A stretch of 64,000 bases of DNA from an uncultured bacterium (lineage in GTDB: Bacteria > Chloroflexota > UBA5177 > JANWHV01), in the NCBI GenBank assembly GCA_963729625.1, contig CAVSOU010000007.1, positions 128,001 through 192,000 on the forward strand, in the 5' to 3' direction. Under the pieces are notes generated by a model that searched no databases, was not told the DNA's origin, and saw nothing but the letters and a program-made list of their open reading frames with translations. The first letter of the stretch is position 1, and every line of letters begins with the position of its first letter. Made by a program: the position numbers and the translations under genes. Shown in pieces: positions 51,109-59,473 of this stretch.

Positions 51109-51360
51109 GTGTCGCGGACGACGCCGATCTCGGCATCCGCCTGGTGCGGAAAGTCTTCCGCATGGCCATCTTTGAGTCGGTGACATGAGCTGACCTGTGG
51201 CCGATGGGTGCCCAGGCCCGCCGCCGGAGTGGTGGGCAAGACATACGCGGCCATGGCAGGGCCTGTTCGGCGCTGACAACGAATGAGAGACACGCGTTTG
51301 ACGGCCCGGTGACGCGGGACTGCCAGGTCTCCGAACCGCCGAGGGAGGAGACCGCGGATG

Positions 51361-52416
51361 CTACATGTGAGCCTGAGGACCTTGGGCCGCGGCAAAGTAT
51401 GCGGACAGCGCGATGGCGGCCGGCCGCGGAGTCCAGGTGCCATGTCCGCCGCTGAAGAGATGCGTGAAACCTCCCGATGCGTCAGTGCCGGCGCCCACCC
51501 AGTAGTTGACCCCGGCCAGATACGGTACCGCGGAGAGGGCGCCTAACTCGGCACTTAGCACGCGTTCCTGCGTGGAGTTGTCGACTGGCATCGATCGACT
51601 AAACCCCATCTCGCCGATGACCACGGGCATGCCACGAACCTGCTCGATGCGCGCAAGCTCGCTCAGCCGGGCCGCAGCGGCAGTTGGAGGATCGGTGGTT
51701 GTGGCGTCCGGGTACGCGTCGAAGGTAACGCGACCGAGCGCCACAACTGTTGCCTGGTCGAGCACTCGGGGTTGCGCGGCGAAGAACCCGTTTACGGAGC
51801 GTACGCTGGTGATCACGCCTCCAACTCCCACTTGGCGAAGCGCGGCGCCGGCGATGGTCGAGGTGTCGAGCAGGAAGTCGCTGTACTCGCGCGTGGCCGC
51901 GTTGGGAGCGTTGGCGGTCCAGCCGCTGCCATACGTAGCCTTCCAGTACACGCCGTTCTCCGGTTCCGGGCAGGGATCGAGAATGTCGCCTGGTCGGAAC
52001 AGCGAGGCATTGCCGAGAATGAAAGCACGTTCAGCCGCCCCGTAGGCCGTGGGAGTCATGACGCCGGTCGTGCCGTTGCTGTCACTCCACTGGTTCGGGT
52101 GGATGCGAAACCACACGTGCTTGCCGGCCGAGCGCACCGCATTCACCCAGCGGCGCATGTAGTCCGGATAGTCCCAGTGCGTATCGACCGTGATGTACGC
52201 TGCGCCGAGGCGGGCCGATAATTGCACGTCCTGCACGATCTCCGCGACGGACAGCGGTCGCGTCTCGGTGTCGCGGCTTTCCTTCATCGTGTCGACCGAG
52301 GTGATTTGCAGGCCTGGCTGCGCTGCGTGGGCGATGGGAACGCGTGCTGCCACGCCTGCCAGCGGAATCAGCGACAGCACGAGCAGGATAGCGGATGTCT
52401 TTGTGGCCGACCCCAT
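51361..52416 (-). CDS. Secreted putative glycoside hydrolase (clan GH-A-like, family unassigned)
   Basis: Signal peptide ending AHA; ITSVDTMKESRD; GDILDPCPEPENG and PVVIGEMG as candidate catalytic Glu; GVNYW. Confidence 0.75.
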   Translation of the reverse strand: MGSATKTSAILLVLSLIPLAGVAARVPIAHAAQPGLQITSVDTMKESRDTETRPLSVAEIVQDVQLSARLGAAYITVDTHWDYPDYMRRWVNAVRSAGKHVWFRIHPNQWSDSNGTTGVMTPTAYGAAERAFILGNASLFRPGDILDPCPEPENGVYWKATYGSGWTANAPNAATREYSDFLLDTSTIAGAALRQVGVGGVITSVRSVNGFFAAQPRVLDQATVVALGRVTFDAYPDATTTDPPTAAAARLSELARIEQVRGMPVVIGEMGFSRSMPVDNSTQERVLSAELGALSAVPYLAGVNYWVGAGTDASGGFTHLFSGGHGTWTPRPAAIALSAYFAAAQGPQAHM

Positions 52417-52505
52417 GCGAGCTCCGCGCAACAGGCGGTTCATGAGAATGGTGAGGCGTGTTCGGCGATAGTACGTCACTGGCATGCTCCAGGGCGTTTA
52501 CACAT

Positions 52506-52551
52506 GAGAAAAGCCATGGACAACCGATCATTTCGACCGATATCCATGGCC
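52506..52551 (-). terminator. Intrinsic terminator, riboswitch expression platform
   Basis: Minus strand GCCATGGA-TATCGGTC-GAAAT-GATCGGTTG-TCCATGGC followed by TTTTCTC, between the aptamer and the CDS. Confidence 0.75.
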
Positions 52552-52561
52552 TTCGCATTCT

Positions 52562-52645
52562 GTCATGCTTCGGCAGCCGGGCTGACTCCAGGAGTCCCCA
52601 AGCTTTGCGTCTCCGGCTCGCGCCGGATTTGCCTTTGTCGGTCAC
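52562..52645 (-). ncRNA. c-di-GMP-I (GEMM-I) riboswitch
   Basis: Minus strand AAAGGCAAA-TCCGGC-GCGA-GCCGGA-GACGCAAAG-CTTGGG-GACTCC-TG-GAGTC-AGCC-CGGCTGCCG: GGCAAA, P2 with GNRA loop, GACGCAAAG and CUGCCG all present. Confidence 0.9.
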
Positions 52646-53032
52646 TGCGCCGTATTCACTTGAGCCTTGCCGGGGATGCGGCGTCGCGCCTGATAGATCG
52701 CGATCCCTGCAAGTACATACTATGCCTCGCAGACATCGGAGAGATCACCCAAACGAGTAAGACCGAGGCGACCTCTGTTATGGAAATGTAACAGCCGGGC
52801 TTGTTACGATTGGGTCGCGCACGTAAGGCGCTTTGACCGGTCTGCGACGCGTCCGGCACTATCGGAGCATGGCATATCCTATCATACATAACAATATGTC
52901 TGTTGCGACGGTGTCCGGCAGCCATTCTCTGTGCCAAGCGCGGCCCCAGTGCGGGCGGCGCATCCTCAGTCAACCCAATTCACACGCCCAGCCGACAACG
53001 GCGGTCGAAAGCAGCCCTGAATGGAGCATGTG

Positions 53033-55084
53033 ATGTACCTCTGCCACTTCAAGATGCCGGCCGTGCGCGCCATGCTTGTGTTCGCGGCTATCGTGCCCGC
53101 TATGGCGGCGCCGGCAGCGAGGTTCCCGTCGGGCGTAGCCCGGGCGGCGACATCGCCAGGCGGATGGCTACCTGGAACGCAGCCCGCGGGCTGGCCGGTT
53201 CGCGCGATCGACATGACCGCGATCACCCATGATGGCGTGTGCAGCCAGTACGACCAGGCGACAATGAACCGCCTGGTCGGCTACATCCCGCAACTGCACG
53301 CCAACTTCGCGTCCGATGACGTGCCCTTCGACAACAGCTCGGGCTTCAGCTGCACGCCCCAGCCACTGCAACCGTACGCGTACATGAAGGCATGGGCCGA
53401 TACCATCCATGCCGCCGGTCTGCACGTCATGTTCCGCGGCAACTGGAACCACTGGGCCGGCGACTACGGTATGAGCAAGCTGTCCTTCAGCACGAGCCCT
53501 GTCATCGCGTACGAGAGTAGCGGCGGGCTTCAGGCGGTCCTCTCCGGACAGGACACCAGCTCGTACATCGGCATGACCTACCAGTGGATTCTGCGGCACC
53601 CTGACATCTTCCAGGACGGCGACATCTTCGAGCCCTTCGGCGAGCCGCAGAACAACGGTGTTGCCGATGGGCCACAGGGCACCTCAGCCGCCAACTGTCC
53701 GAAAGGCGTCTGCCAGTTCCCCTCCACCGATGCCTTCAACCAATGGCTCGGCGACTTCGAGCAGGCCGATCAGGCAGCCTTCCGTCAGATTGGCAGAAAG
53801 GTGGAGTCAGGCTGGTTTGGCCTTGCCGGTGATTCCTATACGTACGTGACCCAGCAGGCTATGGCCTACGCCGACACGTACAACATGGATCATTTCACGC
53901 ATGATTTCGGCAACTTTACGTCACTCATTCAAGCCAGCTACAACACATTCGGAAAGCCGATTGTCGTGGAGTGGGGCGACTTCCAGGATGGGGGTGCCGA
54001 ACCGGAGACGGCAAACACCACGGACCAGTACCTCGGCTGGCTGGCCCAGCAGCAAGGCATCGTCGGCGAGGAGTACTGGCAGCTCACCGGCCACGGCACG
54101 GGTAGTTCCGAGGCAGCGGTAGACTTCGCATCGGGACAAATGACGCCGGCCGGCCAGGTGGTTGCCAAGTGGTTCGGAGCTATGACCGCGGACGCGCTGT
54201 CATTGCCGTCGACGGCCACGCCATCCAGCACTGACACCACTACAGCGACCGTCACGGGCACAACCGCACAGGAGCAGGACTCGGCGACCGCCACCGGCAC
54301 GGCCACGCCGACCGTCACGGGTTCCAATACCGCTAGCAGCACCGCGACCGCGAGCGCAACAGGCACGGCCACGCCGACAGCGACGAGCACCGGTACGCCA
54401 GAGCCGCCAACCTCGACGACGGTGGCCACGACGGCTCCGCAGATCGTGGTCCCCAGCGCTACGCCCACGCTCAGCGGACCGGCGCAGCTCGAATTTGTCC
54501 AGGGAAGTGCGCGAATGGGCACGGGCTCGAGCCTCAGGTCGGCATTTCCGCGGCCTATTGGAGGCGGCGACCTGCTTGTCGGTGTCTTTCGAGCGCAGCG
54601 GGGCGCCAGGGTTGTCGACGACAGGAACGGTGCCTGGAAGGAGGCAGTCTCCTGCGGCGTGCTGTCGATCTGGTACTCTGCCGGCGCTCAGAATGGGGCG
54701 ACCACTGTACGTCTCAGCGCTGCTACATCTGGCCAGATGCGCATGGCTCTCGCAGAGTATTCCGGCGTCGCCACGCCGGACCCGCTCGTCGCCAAACGCT
54801 GCAACCAGGGATCTCGCGCCGATGTCACGAGCGCGTGGACGGCGGAGGCCGGGGCCGGTAGCCTCGCGTTTGCCGGATTGGGAAACGGCAGCCACCCCGT
54901 CGCCGTGAGACCGGGCAGCATTGACGGTCTGCCAGCCGTACTCCGCGATCAGCTGACCGGAATACCGGGCACGATCGCCGACGAGGACGTGACCCATACT
55001 GTTGCCGGCCGCCAATATGCCAGCATGACCGTGAGCGGCGGCCGAAGCTGGACCGCGGCAATCGCCGTCTTCAGGCACGGGTGA
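53033..55084 (+). CDS. Secreted GH-A-like protein with Thr/Ser/Ala linker and C-terminal beta-rich domain
   Basis: Signal-like N-terminus; GDIFEPFGEPQN, KPIVVEWG, GEEYW; TATGTATPT repeats at about 54200-54470; LEFVQG domain. Confidence 0.78.
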   Translation: MYLCHFKMPAVRAMLVFAAIVPAMAAPAARFPSGVARAATSPGGWLPGTQPAGWPVRAIDMTAITHDGVCSQYDQATMNRLVGYIPQLHANFASDDVPFDNSSGFSCTPQPLQPYAYMKAWADTIHAAGLHVMFRGNWNHWAGDYGMSKLSFSTSPVIAYESSGGLQAVLSGQDTSSYIGMTYQWILRHPDIFQDGDIFEPFGEPQNNGVADGPQGTSAANCPKGVCQFPSTDAFNQWLGDFEQADQAAFRQIGRKVESGWFGLAGDSYTYVTQQAMAYADTYNMDHFTHDFGNFTSLIQASYNTFGKPIVVEWGDFQDGGAEPETANTTDQYLGWLAQQQGIVGEEYWQLTGHGTGSSEAAVDFASGQMTPAGQVVAKWFGAMTADALSLPSTATPSSTDTTTATVTGTTAQEQDSATATGTATPTVTGSNTASSTATASATGTATPTATSTGTPEPPTSTTVATTAPQIVVPSATPTLSGPAQLEFVQGSARMGTGSSLRSAFPRPIGGGDLLVGVFRAQRGARVVDDRNGAWKEAVSCGVLSIWYSAGAQNGATTVRLSAATSGQMRMALAEYSGVATPDPLVAKRCNQGSRADVTSAWTAEAGAGSLAFAGLGNGSHPVAVRPGSIDGLPAVLRDQLTGIPGTIADEDVTHTVAGRQYASMTVSGGRSWTAAIAVFRHG

Positions 55085-55343
55085 GCGAGCTGGATGACGT
55101 GCACATGCCGGCAATCCCGCGCGACGTGATCGAATCGCGTCTGGCGCAACAGGAAAGGCAGGCGCGCGAGCCGTTTCGTGTTGCCGCGATAATCGGCCCT
55201 CGGGTCCCGTTCGAGCTTTGCCGGACGGTAATGGCGGTGACCGGCGAGACGCTGCTGTGGTCGATCGAGCCGGCCGTCGAGTCCCGGCTGGCGCGCGCTT
55301 GGGCCGAGGACCAGTCGATGACGCCGGAGTCGGCGATTAATCG
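55081..55343 (+). pseudogene. Remnant of an ATPase(STAND)-TPR/LuxR-type regulator
   Basis: RDVIESRLAQ...VAAIIGPRVPF...IEPAVESRL joined to ARAWAEDQSMTPESAI, two motifs normally far apart in such regulators (recalled similarity). Confidence 0.55.
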
Positions 55344-56969
55344 TTACCCGTTTCCGGCCCCGACAACGGATAGGCTGCTCAACCTGCAGCTATCGGCGTC
55401 ATGGCTGGCGACCCACTCCAGCACGCTTGCGGAGGGCATCGGCCGGCTGAAGTAGTATCCTTGAGCCACAGTACAGCCGAGGCGCCGCAGCGTGTACATC
55501 GCTTGCTGATGCTCGACGCTTTCTGCCACCACCTCGCGGTCCAGAGCGTGTGCCATCGCGATGACAGACCGCACGATGGCCTCGTCCCTCTCGTCGGAAT
55601 GCGTCCCGAGTCCCAGTACGAACGACTTGTCGAGCTTTATCTCATGGACTGGCAGCCGCTTGAGATAGCCAAGCGACGAATAGCCAGTACCAAAATCGTC
55701 GATCGCTACCCGCACGCCGCTGTCGCCAAGCAGCGTGATCACATCGTGGGCGCGCTTCGTGTCAGCCATCACAGCGCTTTCGGTGATCTCAAGCGTGAGC
55801 AAGCCGGGTTCGACCGCGTGGGAGTGCAGCAGCGCGGACACCTTGGCCGGCAGGCTATGGTCATGCAGCGTGCAGGCGGATAGGTTCACCGAGACTCCCA
55901 GCCGCAGCCCATCGCGCTGCCAGTGGCTAAGCTGACCAATGGCAGCGGCAAGCACCCAGTCCGTGAGCGGTCCGATAAGCCCGGTATGTTCGGCCAGCTG
56001 GATGAACTGATCGGGCATGATTATGCCGCCCCCCGGCTGGGGCCATCGCACCAGCGCCTCGACGCCGACTACAGCTCCGGTGGTCATGTTGATCTGCGGT
56101 TGGTAGTACAGCGCCAGCTCGCCGCGCTCGATCGCCAGTCTCAGCTCGCTCATCAAGACGAGGCGGCGTGGCGAGTGGGTATCGTCGGCCGCCACATAGA
56201 CGGCCGACCCACTGTGGGACTTCTTGGCAACATACATTGCTACATCGGCCTGACGCATCAAAGTAGCGGCATCGTCACCGTGCGCGGGGTAGGTGGCAAT
56301 GCCAATGCTCAGGCCGACATCCAGACTGACGCCGCCGATCTCGAACCGGGCACCCATCGCCTGAGTGATTGCTCCTGCGACGACGTCCGCCGCCGCTATG
56401 TCGCACTCGGGCAGCATGACGGCAAACTCGTCGCCACCCAGCCGTGCCACAGTGTCGGAGGCGCGGAGAGCCGCGGCAAGGCGCTCACCTACCGCGCATA
56501 GAATCTGGTCGCCACAGTCGTGACCGAGGGTGTCGTTAATTTCTTTGAAGCGGTCAAGGTCCAGCAGCAGCAGGCTGACGACGCCGCCGCTACGGCGCGC
56601 CAGCCGTAGCGCTACCTCAAGCCGGTCATACAGGACGACGCGATTGGGAAGTCCGGTCAGGCTGTCTGTCGTCGCGAGTATCTCCAGTTGGCTGTTGGCC
56701 GCGACAAGTTCATCGTTCTTCTGCCGGTCGGCGTCAAGCCGGGCCTTCTGCGCGGCGATCGTCTGAGCCAGAGCCACGTCGCCCTGGATGGCTGCCTGCA
56801 CAGCCTGCGCCGTACTGGATGCCACTGCCACCGTTTGTCCGTTGACATACACCCGTGCCGCATCGCCGATCACCTGGATCAGGAATAGCCCCAGCACCAA
56901 GAGCACGGCCGAGAGCACTACCCCTACCAAAATGATCATGCCCTGCTCGCCGGGCCGCGCCAGTCTCAC
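55344..56969 (-). CDS. GGDEF-EAL diguanylate cyclase/phosphodiesterase with one N-terminal TM
   Basis: DSLTGLPNR, DLDRFKEIND, RASD-x5-GGDEF, EALVRW, EITES, DDFGTGYSSL, QGYYFSRP. Confidence 0.93.
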   Translation of the reverse strand: MRLARPGEQGMIILVGVVLSAVLLVLGLFLIQVIGDAARVYVNGQTVAVASSTAQAVQAAIQGDVALAQTIAAQKARLDADRQKNDELVAANSQLEILATTDSLTGLPNRVVLYDRLEVALRLARRSGGVVSLLLLDLDRFKEINDTLGHDCGDQILCAVGERLAAALRASDTVARLGGDEFAVMLPECDIAAADVVAGAITQAMGARFEIGGVSLDVGLSIGIATYPAHGDDAATLMRQADVAMYVAKKSHSGSAVYVAADDTHSPRRLVLMSELRLAIERGELALYYQPQINMTTGAVVGVEALVRWPQPGGGIIMPDQFIQLAEHTGLIGPLTDWVLAAAIGQLSHWQRDGLRLGVSVNLSACTLHDHSLPAKVSALLHSHAVEPGLLTLEITESAVMADTKRAHDVITLLGDSGVRVAIDDFGTGYSSLGYLKRLPVHEIKLDKSFVLGLGTHSDERDEAIVRSVIAMAHALDREVVAESVEHQQAMYTLRRLGCTVAQGYYFSRPMPSASVLEWVASHDADSCRLSSLSVVGAGNG

Positions 56970-57335
56970 GCGTTCCCCCAGCTCATGCTGTTCAGGCCGG
57001 CCACTGCCTGAACCTGAACCGCCGTCGGGATCGGTGCGTAGTTGAGCCGCGCGGCGAAGGTCTGGCCGTCATCCGAAACGAGCCACCGGAAGAGCTTCTG
57101 CAGGGCCTGGCCGCGCGCTCGGTCGGCCTGGTGCTGGCGCAGCAACACCCATGAGTAGCCGGCGATGGGATAGCTCTGGGCGTCCGGAGCGTTCACGATC
57201 GAGAAGCTCGCGGCGCTGACCCGCGGGAAGCGCGTTGCCGCCGCCGTGACGCTCAGGAGGCTCGGAGCCACGAATTCGCCAGCCTGGTTCCTGATGCGCA
57301 GGTACGGCACGTACCTGTACTGGCCACCTCAACAT
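56966..57335 (-). pseudogene. pstS: pstS remnant (C-terminal third plus out-of-frame start)
   Basis: IRNQAGEFVAPS...SIVNAPDAQSYPIAGYSWVLL...DGQTFAARLNYAPIP is PstS C-terminal sequence; N-terminal two thirds absent; ATG at 57335 is in another frame. Confidence 0.78.
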
Positions 57336-57390
57336 AATTATCGGCAGCGGTAGCGGCGCACCATAGAGGACGCGAGGCGCCAAAGTGGAG

Positions 57391-57408
57391 ATTTAACCAA
57401 CATTTAAC
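57391..57408 (-). promoter_or_regulatory. Putative Pho box
   Basis: ATTTAAC direct repeat with 11-bp period (57391 and 57402) just upstream of the pstS remnant. Confidence 0.65.
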
Positions 57409-57961
57409 ACGCCACCCGCTCGCTTGCCGGGATTGATTCAGTACTCCAGCTACACCTTCTGCATCCGCAGGCAGGATGTCACGGTGTGCAACTCTCTGGG
57501 CTGATGGCGTGCGTGGAATAGGGCCATGCCGCGCCATTGATGCCAGGGACAGGATATTGTGCAGTTCATCGAATACGGTACGCACGGAGAGCCGTGAACG
57601 ATCACGGCGTCTGCGGCGACTGTCACGCGAGTCTGGGATGGTACCACGGCCTGCACACTTCTGACCGGAACGCAGCCGGGGCCTTCGGCAAGAAGGTGAC
57701 GCACGCCCGGCCCGGTCAGCGCAACCTCGGTGCCAGGCACGATCGCGACGCATCTCGTGCACAGGATCCAGCCGGGACTTGCGCAAAGGCGGGCACCGCG
57801 TCGGCGGGCGACCTCATGCCGGGATCCACCTGCCGAGTTATGGATTTGTTACGGCCGGCGTTGGTAGAGTCTGGCTAGCCGCACAAAGGCCAGCCTTCCG
57901 GGTCAACGTCCGCGGCGGGGAACAACGCGCAAGGGCAGGTCACGGGAGAGGTTGTCGAGTC

Positions 57962-59218
57962 ATGGAACGAACGCCTCGTCGCGTGCTATGGCTACTCCTG
58001 GTTGTCGCCGTCGTGACCGGTAACTCTTCGCTCGCGCAGCCCCTGCAGACGCATGCAACTGCCACGAGGGCCGCTATTCCGATCATCGGCGGCATGCCGG
58101 GCACGAGCTCGACGCCGATAGTGGAGAGCTCGACGCTCGCTCTTTCCAGCGACTCCGTGGCTATGGGCAATCATGTCTCCGCCGCAGTCACCTTCCAGAA
58201 CCGGAGCACCGGCAGCATCGACCTCAGCGGCCTTGTGATTGCTGCGCGCACACCCAGCGGCGGAAATGCCGACTTCGGTGGCATTTGGGATGTCACGACA
58301 CTCTCGCCAGGCGAGGCCATGACGCTGCACACGAGCAGGAGCTTCGACCAGTCCGATCCCGGCGGTAGCTGGATGCTCTTTGCCAGCTACAGAACGATCG
58401 ACGGCGTGTGGCACCCGCTCGCGCCCTTTCTTTCGCTCCAAGTGATCGAATCGCCCACGGGCCCACGGATTGGCGAGAGCACGGTTCTCAGCGTATCCTC
58501 CCCCGCGACTGCGGGCGGGCGGATCACTGCGGCGGTCACGCTGCAGAACCAGGGTACCGCCTCGATCGTGCTGACCGGCGTCGTGATCGGGAAGTACGAC
58601 AGCTATATCCGACAATTTGCAACCGACGCGAAGACGTGGGGTCACCCACTCTACCTGCGCTTCGCCCATGAGATGAACGGCAACTGGTATCCCTGGGGCA
58701 CTGGGAACGGCAATCCGAACGGCAACAGCCCCGGCGATTTCGTCGCCACGTGGCGGCACGTACACGACATTTTTACAAATGTCGGCGCCACCAACGTGCG
58801 CTGGGTGTGGTGCGTCAACGTGTCCGGCGGTGGGCTGACGCCCTACTCCCAGCTCTATCCCGGCGACGGTTATGTCGACTGGGTGGCCCTGGACGGTTAC
58901 AACTGGGGCGGCAATCCGGGCCACACCTGGCAATCCCTGCATGACGTGTTCAGCGCTTCTTATCAGGAGGTCACGGCTCTCACCAGCAAGCCTGTGATGA
59001 TCGCTGAAACAGGGTCGGCCGAAGAGGGCGGGAACAAAGCTGACTGGATATCGCAGGGACTCCTCAACACAATGCCGCAGTCGTTCCCGCGAATCCAGGC
59101 CGTACTCTGGTTTGACTGGAACCTGGAGCACGATTGGCGTGTCAACTCCTCGCCAGCGTCATTGGCCGCCTTCCGGTCGATAGCGAGTTCGCCGTTATAC
59201 CAGCGCACGTTCTCGTGA
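57962..59218 (+). CDS. Secreted GH26-family protein with Ig-like repeats and apparent internal deletion
   Basis: Signal peptide; RFAHEMNGNWYPW, YPGDGYVDWVALDGYN, KPVMIAETG; GGGAGAGG RBS. Confidence 0.85.
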   Translation: MERTPRRVLWLLLVVAVVTGNSSLAQPLQTHATATRAAIPIIGGMPGTSSTPIVESSTLALSSDSVAMGNHVSAAVTFQNRSTGSIDLSGLVIAARTPSGGNADFGGIWDVTTLSPGEAMTLHTSRSFDQSDPGGSWMLFASYRTIDGVWHPLAPFLSLQVIESPTGPRIGESTVLSVSSPATAGGRITAAVTLQNQGTASIVLTGVVIGKYDSYIRQFATDAKTWGHPLYLRFAHEMNGNWYPWGTGNGNPNGNSPGDFVATWRHVHDIFTNVGATNVRWVWCVNVSGGGLTPYSQLYPGDGYVDWVALDGYNWGGNPGHTWQSLHDVFSASYQEVTALTSKPVMIAETGSAEEGGNKADWISQGLLNTMPQSFPRIQAVLWFDWNLEHDWRVNSSPASLAAFRSIASSPLYQRTFS

Positions 59219-59473
59219 CGATGAGCGCCGAGCGTGTTGCCATAGCCCGACGGCTTCACGGCGCTGGGAGCAACATCCATCGGGACATACCGGCGTCGAT
59301 CGCGAGCCCTCGCCAAGCGGTGGATATACAAGCCGCCAGCTCGTACGCGATCATAGAGCAGGGCCAACACTACGCTGCAACCCCGGAAATGCTCGCCAGG
59401 ACAAATCCACGTTCGAGCCAGAGTTCTCAGACGCGCATATGCAACTCGCCGCCTAGCAGAAAGGCTATAGGCC

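Noticed and set aside
54200-54470. Repetitive DNA as CRISPR or tandem array
   Set aside because: It is the coding Thr/Ala/Pro linker; no repeat-spacer structure was seen anywhere in the window.
56880-56969. Prepilin/TadG-like N-terminus (PGEQG + hydrophobic) on the GGDEF-EAL protein
   Set aside because: No Glu at +5; better explained as the first TM of a sensor protein.
57586-57608. GAGAGCCGTG as group II intron domain V
   Set aside because: It forms only a 7-bp hairpin and lacks the domain V length and bulge.
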